A stretch of 64,000 nt of DNA from Candidatus Eiseniibacteriota bacterium. Lineage in GTDB: Bacteria; Eisenbacteria; RBG-16-71-46; CAIMUX01; VGJL01. Shown here piece by piece: positions 59,652-64,000 of the stretch (the first letter of the stretch is position 1; each line of letters begins with the position of its first letter). Location: the NCBI GenBank assembly GCA_041946735.1, contig JBHGAY010000009.1:76425-140424 (forward strand), in the 5' to 3' direction. The translations under genes were made by a program, and so were the position numbers. The notes below the pieces were generated by a model that did not search any database, had not been told where the DNA came from, and saw only the letters and a list, made by a program, of their open reading frames with translations.

Positions 59652-60056
59652 ATGTACATGCGAGCGCAACCGGAATCGCCATCCCTGGATCGCCAGGCGT
59701 TCGAACGACCCCTGAAGAGCGCGCGTAGCCGAGGCGCGTGGATCGTGGCCGGAGCGCTTCTCGGGCTAGTCGCCACGGGAGGCTGGCTGCTTGCGAGGCG
59801 GCGGCCGGTGAGCGGGCGCGCGGGGAGTCCCCCCGGCGAGGGGGCAGGCGTGCTCGGCAGAAGCCACGGCGTCCGGGGAGGCCGTCACGGAACGAGGGAC
59901 GGGGGAACGATCTTCGACCATCCGCCCGAGAGCCCTCCGGCCGAGGAGCTCTGGAGCGACGAGAAGGACGAGGTCGAGGAAGCTTCGGAGGAATCGTTCC
60001 CGGCGAGCGACGCGCCCGGTTGGACGGGGACGAGGCTCGGCGCCGACGGAGCGTGA
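59652..60056 (+). CDS. Small single-TM protein with C-terminal EASEESFPASD motif
   Basis: RBS AAGGAG, one TM helix, DEVEEASEESFPASDAPGW. Confidence 0.7.
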   Translation: MYMRAQPESPSLDRQAFERPLKSARSRGAWIVAGALLGLVATGGWLLARRRPVSGRAGSPPGEGAGVLGRSHGVRGGRHGTRDGGTIFDHPPESPPAEELWSDEKDEVEEASEESFPASDAPGWTGTRLGADGA

Positions 60057-60200
60057 GGCGCGCGATACTCCTGGCTTCCGGTGCGGCGGTGAACACGGCG
60101 CCCCTCGAATCCCAATCCGCATGATGGTGGATCGCGTCCTCCGACTCGCGCGGCCGCGGGGACTTGCGCCGCCGGGCCGCATCGCCTATCCCTGGGCGCG

Positions 60201-60632
60201 ATGCGCTGGCGTCTCTTCCTCCTCCGCTGTGCGGCGCTGTCCTGCGCCTCCTGGGCAGCGCTGTCCTGCGCACCCCGCCGAACCGGTTGCGAGTCGGTGA
60301 CGAACGTCCTGCGCGACATGCCGGGTGTGGAAGTGCAGGCGAGCGAGCCCTGCCTCGTCGAGGCGGTGGGAGTCCTTGGAGAGGAGATCGACTTCTTCGA
60401 CAGCTTCCGCGACTCGTTGATCCGCCGCGGCTGGACCTACGAGGTTCTCTCACAGGCGGACGGTCCGGACGGAACGTCCTTCGTGGTGGCGAGGGATGGC
60501 GCGCGGTGTCGGATCGAAGGATCGTGGGACTCGGTCCCGCCCGGCGATACGGTCTCGGTCGTAAGCGAACGGTTCGGCATCCGCGTCACTTGCCTGGACG
60601 GCGAGTCGGGCCGCGGGGAAGACCAGCGCTAG
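60201..60632 (+). CDS. Hypothetical exported protein, possible lipoprotein
   Basis: Leader with a duplicated AALSC; protein-like composition. Confidence 0.65.
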   Translation: MRWRLFLLRCAALSCASWAALSCAPRRTGCESVTNVLRDMPGVEVQASEPCLVEAVGVLGEEIDFFDSFRDSLIRRGWTYEVLSQADGPDGTSFVVARDGARCRIEGSWDSVPPGDTVSVVSERFGIRVTCLDGESGRGEDQR

Positions 60633-60667
60633 CCAGCCGACGCCGCCGACAGGCAAAGGAGTCACAA

Positions 60668-61546
60668 GTGCCTCGCGCGCTGAAAGGGAAGGTAGCGGTC
60701 GTCACCGGCGCAAGCCGGGGCGCCGGCCGCGGCATCGCCATCGAGCTGGGCGCCGCCGGTGCGACGGTCTACGTCACTGGGAGGAGCGTGGCGGGCAGCC
60801 CCGCGGGAGGCTACGAGCGTTTCCTCGAGCACGCGCATCTCCAGTCCATGCCCGGGACGATCGACGAGACCGCGGAGCAGGTGACGCGAAATGGCGGAAG
60901 CGGCATCCCCGTGCGTTGCGACCACACGTCGCCCGAGGGGGTCGCCGCATTGTTCCGGAGAATCGACGAGGAGAGCGGACGGCTCGACCTGCTGGTGAAC
61001 AATGCTTGGGGCGCGCATCGCAATCCGATCGAGATCCGTCCCTTCTGGGAAGACACGATGGACCACTGGGAAGGGATGTTCCAGCGCGGTCTCCGCAATC
61101 ACATCCTCGCCTCCCGCTCCGCTACGCCGATCTTCCTCCGGCAGCGCTCGGGCCTCATCGTCACAACCACCTTCTGGGATCGGGACCGCTACACCGGGCA
61201 TCTCTTCTATGACCTCGCGAAGGCATCGATGGTACGGCTGGCGCTCGGAATGGCCCGGGAACTGCGGCCTTATGGCGTCGCGTCCATCGCGCTCTCGCCC
61301 GGCTGGATGCGGACCGAGCTGGTCCTCGCGAGCTTCCGGACCGACGAGGAGCACTGGCGCGAGGTGCCGGCCTTGAGCGCGACCGAGTCGCCGCGCTACG
61401 TCGGACGCGCGGTCGTCGCGCTGCTCGCCGACCCGGACGTGCTGGCGAAGACCGGCGGCGTCTTTCGCACCGGCGACCTCGCGAAGGAGTACGGCTTCAC
61501 TGACGTCGACGGACGCCAGGTGCCGCCGTTCGAAGTGCCGGAGTAG
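60668..61546 (+). CDS. SDR oxidoreductase (DHRS1-like)
   Basis: TGASRGAGRG, VYVTGRS, LVNNAWG, YDLAK, PGWMRTE, ESPRYVGR, YGFTDVDG. Confidence 0.92.
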   Translation: MPRALKGKVAVVTGASRGAGRGIAIELGAAGATVYVTGRSVAGSPAGGYERFLEHAHLQSMPGTIDETAEQVTRNGGSGIPVRCDHTSPEGVAALFRRIDEESGRLDLLVNNAWGAHRNPIEIRPFWEDTMDHWEGMFQRGLRNHILASRSATPIFLRQRSGLIVTTTFWDRDRYTGHLFYDLAKASMVRLALGMARELRPYGVASIALSPGWMRTELVLASFRTDEEHWREVPALSATESPRYVGRAVVALLADPDVLAKTGGVFRTGDLAKEYGFTDVDGRQVPPFEVPE

Positions 61547-61694
61547 GCGGGGGCCAGCGGCTACCACGCCACCCATCGCGCTGGTTCGCTTTTCCGCCCG
61601 ACCGTCGACGGGTTCGTCCGTCCCGCGCTATGATGCGCACGCTTCGGCGTGCGAGGCCGGTCGATCGGCGGAGGCGAACCGAGGGGGAAGGGAC

Positions 61695-63923
61695 GTGAGC
61701 GCGGGGACGAAGCGAGCGAGTGGGGCGCATGCGGCGGGACCCGTGAAGGCGCGAGCGGTCGCCGCGCGGATAGGCGGCGCGCAATCCGCTGCGGGACCCG
61801 CGACCACATCCCCCGCATCCCCCGCGTCCGTGCTCCTCCCGGCGGTCGCGCTCGGTGCCACCCTCGTCCTCACCTGGATCCTGAGCTGCTTCCCGGTCAC
61901 TTCCGACGACCTGTGGTGGCACCTGGCGACCGGCCGATGGATCGCGGAAGGCCACGGCATTCCCCGGACCGACCTGTTCAGCTACACCGCGCTCGGCCAC
62001 CGGTGGGTGACCCACGAATGGCTGACCGAGCTTCTCTTCCACGGCTTGCGGCGGCTCGGCGGGGTGGATCTGCTGGTCGTCGGGAAGGCGACGGCGGCGG
62101 CGCTCGCGATCGGGCTCGCCGCGGGCGCTGCGCTCATCGGTCCCCGTTGGCGCGAGAGGATCGCTGGAGCCGCGCTCGGCGCCCTGCTAGCAGGCCCGAT
62201 GATCTCGCCGCGCGCGTTCGTCCGTCCTCACATGATGACGGCGCTCCTCCTCGGTGTTCTGCTGCTACTGCTGCGGCTCGAATCGCACACGGGGAGGCGG
62301 CGTTGGCGAGTCGCGCTGATCCCGCTCTTCCTCGTCTGGGCGAACCTGCATGCCGGGTTCGTCCTCGGCCTCGCGGTGGCCGTGTTGTACTGGGGCGGCG
62401 AGGCGCTTGCGGCGCCGCGTGAAGGTCGCGCGTGGCGCGATCGCGGACTGATGCTCGGCCTCGCGCTGCTCGCCACCTTCGCCAACCCGAACTTCGCGCG
62501 GCCGCACCTTTACGGCTTCCAGCTCATCGCGCGCCCCGAGGTGCGAGGATCGATCGTCGAGCTGCGGAGCCTCCTGCATCCCGCCTATCGCGGCGCGATC
62601 TTCCCGATGGCGTTCCTCCTATCGCTCGCGGTCGCCGCCGTGTTGGCGCGCGCCTCTCGGCGGCGGCGGGCTGTCGTCGGCGCGGCGCTCCTGCCGGCCG
62701 GCGTCTTCGCGATCCTTGCGGTCGCCTCGGTTCGGAACCTCTCGGAATATGCCGTCCTGGCGCCTCTGGCCATCGGCGCCCACGGAGCGGTGCTGGCGGG
62801 TCGGCGCCGGGCGCAGACGGCGGTGAGCGCCTGTGTCCTCGCGCTCGCCGTCACCACCGGCGCGATCAGCATGACGCGCGGCATTCCTGTGGCCAGGGAC
62901 GAGACGCGGCACTTCGGGCTCGGTGTGGAGCCGGGGAGCCGGCCGGACGGCATTCTCGCCTTTCTCGAGCGCGAGCGTCCGGCAGGGGAGCTGTTCCATC
63001 CGATGTCGTACGGGGGGGCGATCCTCGACGCGCTCGGCCCGGAGAGGAAGGTGTTCGCCGACGGGCGGCTCGATGTCTATCCACCGGAGCTGCTGCGCTC
63101 GTACGAGGCGGTGATGCGCAGCGGACAGGGCTGGGAGGATCTGGTCCGGCGCTATGGCATCACGATGGCGATCGTCACGCACGCGCGGGATCCGCTCGCC
63201 GATCGGGGTCTCGGCGCCCGGCTGCGACGCGACCCGGAGTGGACCTGCGTCCTCGCGGGCGATTACGCGCTTCTCTACATGAAGCGGACGCCGGAGAACC
63301 GGGGCATCGTCGAACGTTATGGCCTCCCGTTCGATCCTGTCGGAGAAGGAGGCGGCGGCGGGACCGACCCGCTGAGCGGCCTCCTCGCGAGCCACGACGC
63401 GGCAGCGATCGCCCGCGCGTCGGGCGCCCTTGCGAGTCAGGAGCAAGTGGCGCCGAAGGAGATCGCCCCGCGGTTGCTCCTCGGACGGTTGCTCGACGCC
63501 ACCGGACGCAGCGGCGAAGCGATCGCGCAGCTCCGCGAGGCGGCGCGGCTCGATCCCGCGAACCATTCCTTCCGTATGCTCCTGGCCGAGACGCTCCAGC
63601 GCGCCGATTCGCTCGACTCCGCTCGCGCGCTTCTCGAGGCGCTGCTTCGCGAGGATCCGAAGGATGTCGAGGCGCTCTCCATCCTCGCGATGGTGGAGCG
63701 GGCCGCCGGACGGGCCGGCGAGGCTCTGTCGGTCCTCGAGCGGGCCGCCGCGATCGATCCGGCGAATGCGGTCGTGGAGATCCGCCTTGGCGTGCTGCAC
63801 GCCGAGGCGGGGCGGCTCGACGAGGCGGAGCGGCATCTGCGGCGCGCTGCCGTCCTCTCGCCGAACGACCCGGCTGTGCAGAACAATCTTCGCGCGCTGG
63901 AAACTCTGCGCGGGCGACGTTGA
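61695..63923 (+). CDS. Multi-TM membrane protein with C-terminal TPRs (GT-C-like, inferred)
   Basis: DDLWWHLATGRWI, DLFSYT, HEWL, VRP, WANLHAG, ANP, FADGR; about five TPRs. Confidence 0.75.
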   Translation: MSAGTKRASGAHAAGPVKARAVAARIGGAQSAAGPATTSPASPASVLLPAVALGATLVLTWILSCFPVTSDDLWWHLATGRWIAEGHGIPRTDLFSYTALGHRWVTHEWLTELLFHGLRRLGGVDLLVVGKATAAALAIGLAAGAALIGPRWRERIAGAALGALLAGPMISPRAFVRPHMMTALLLGVLLLLLRLESHTGRRRWRVALIPLFLVWANLHAGFVLGLAVAVLYWGGEALAAPREGRAWRDRGLMLGLALLATFANPNFARPHLYGFQLIARPEVRGSIVELRSLLHPAYRGAIFPMAFLLSLAVAAVLARASRRRRAVVGAALLPAGVFAILAVASVRNLSEYAVLAPLAIGAHGAVLAGRRRAQTAVSACVLALAVTTGAISMTRGIPVARDETRHFGLGVEPGSRPDGILAFLERERPAGELFHPMSYGGAILDALGPERKVFADGRLDVYPPELLRSYEAVMRSGQGWEDLVRRYGITMAIVTHARDPLADRGLGARLRRDPEWTCVLAGDYALLYMKRTPENRGIVERYGLPFDPVGEGGGGGTDPLSGLLASHDAAAIARASGALASQEQVAPKEIAPRLLLGRLLDATGRSGEAIAQLREAARLDPANHSFRMLLAETLQRADSLDSARALLEALLREDPKDVEALSILAMVERAAGRAGEALSVLERAAAIDPANAVVEIRLGVLHAEAGRLDEAERHLRRAAVLSPNDPAVQNNLRALETLRGRR

Positions 63924-64000
63924 CGCAGGCAGAGCTTCGTCAGCGGCACGCGACGATTCGCTGCCCGCGCGCACGGAGGAGCCCGCCGCCCAGGTCCCAG

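Overview
A 64 kb window of high-GC (roughly 70%) bacterial chromosome with about 50 genuine CDSs, mostly housekeeping and cofactor genes. Secreted proteins with FlgD-Ig/T9SS-like C-terminal tails, LVIVD repeats, outer-membrane barrels and an alpha2-type GlyRS suggest a diderm FCB-affiliated lineage such as Ca. Eisenbacteria or relatives (inference only). In order: treZ and a glycogen debranching enzyme; a PTPS-II/folE/sepiapterin-reductase-like pterin operon; a divergent DHH phosphoesterase, an atypical receiver protein, ygfZ and an M48 protease; a classical menFDHBACE operon with a convergent DHNA-CoA-thioesterase-like gene; iscS-iscA; mtaB-miaB; LysR; a B12 block (nrdJ, pduO, stand-alone ACT protein, IcmA-like mutase, esterase); a TPR-sigma54 activator; envelope and secreted proteins; a TPR-Fis-HTH protein; two multi-TM+TPR paralogues; an SPL-like radical SAM; suhB; glyQS; a CPA2 antiporter. 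I saw no tRNA, rRNA, CRISPR array, transposase or integrase. The most unusual signal is an apparent ~200-nt minus-strand transcription unit at ~33250-33488. It has a sigma70-like promoter, a 17-20 nt 5' segment complementary to the consensus 16S rRNA 3' end, an 11-codon micro-ORF, a multi-stem fold supported by G-U wobble pairs, and a terminator-like end. All calls are by eye, without database searches; many start codons were re-assigned from the ORF track using RBS and overlap evidence.
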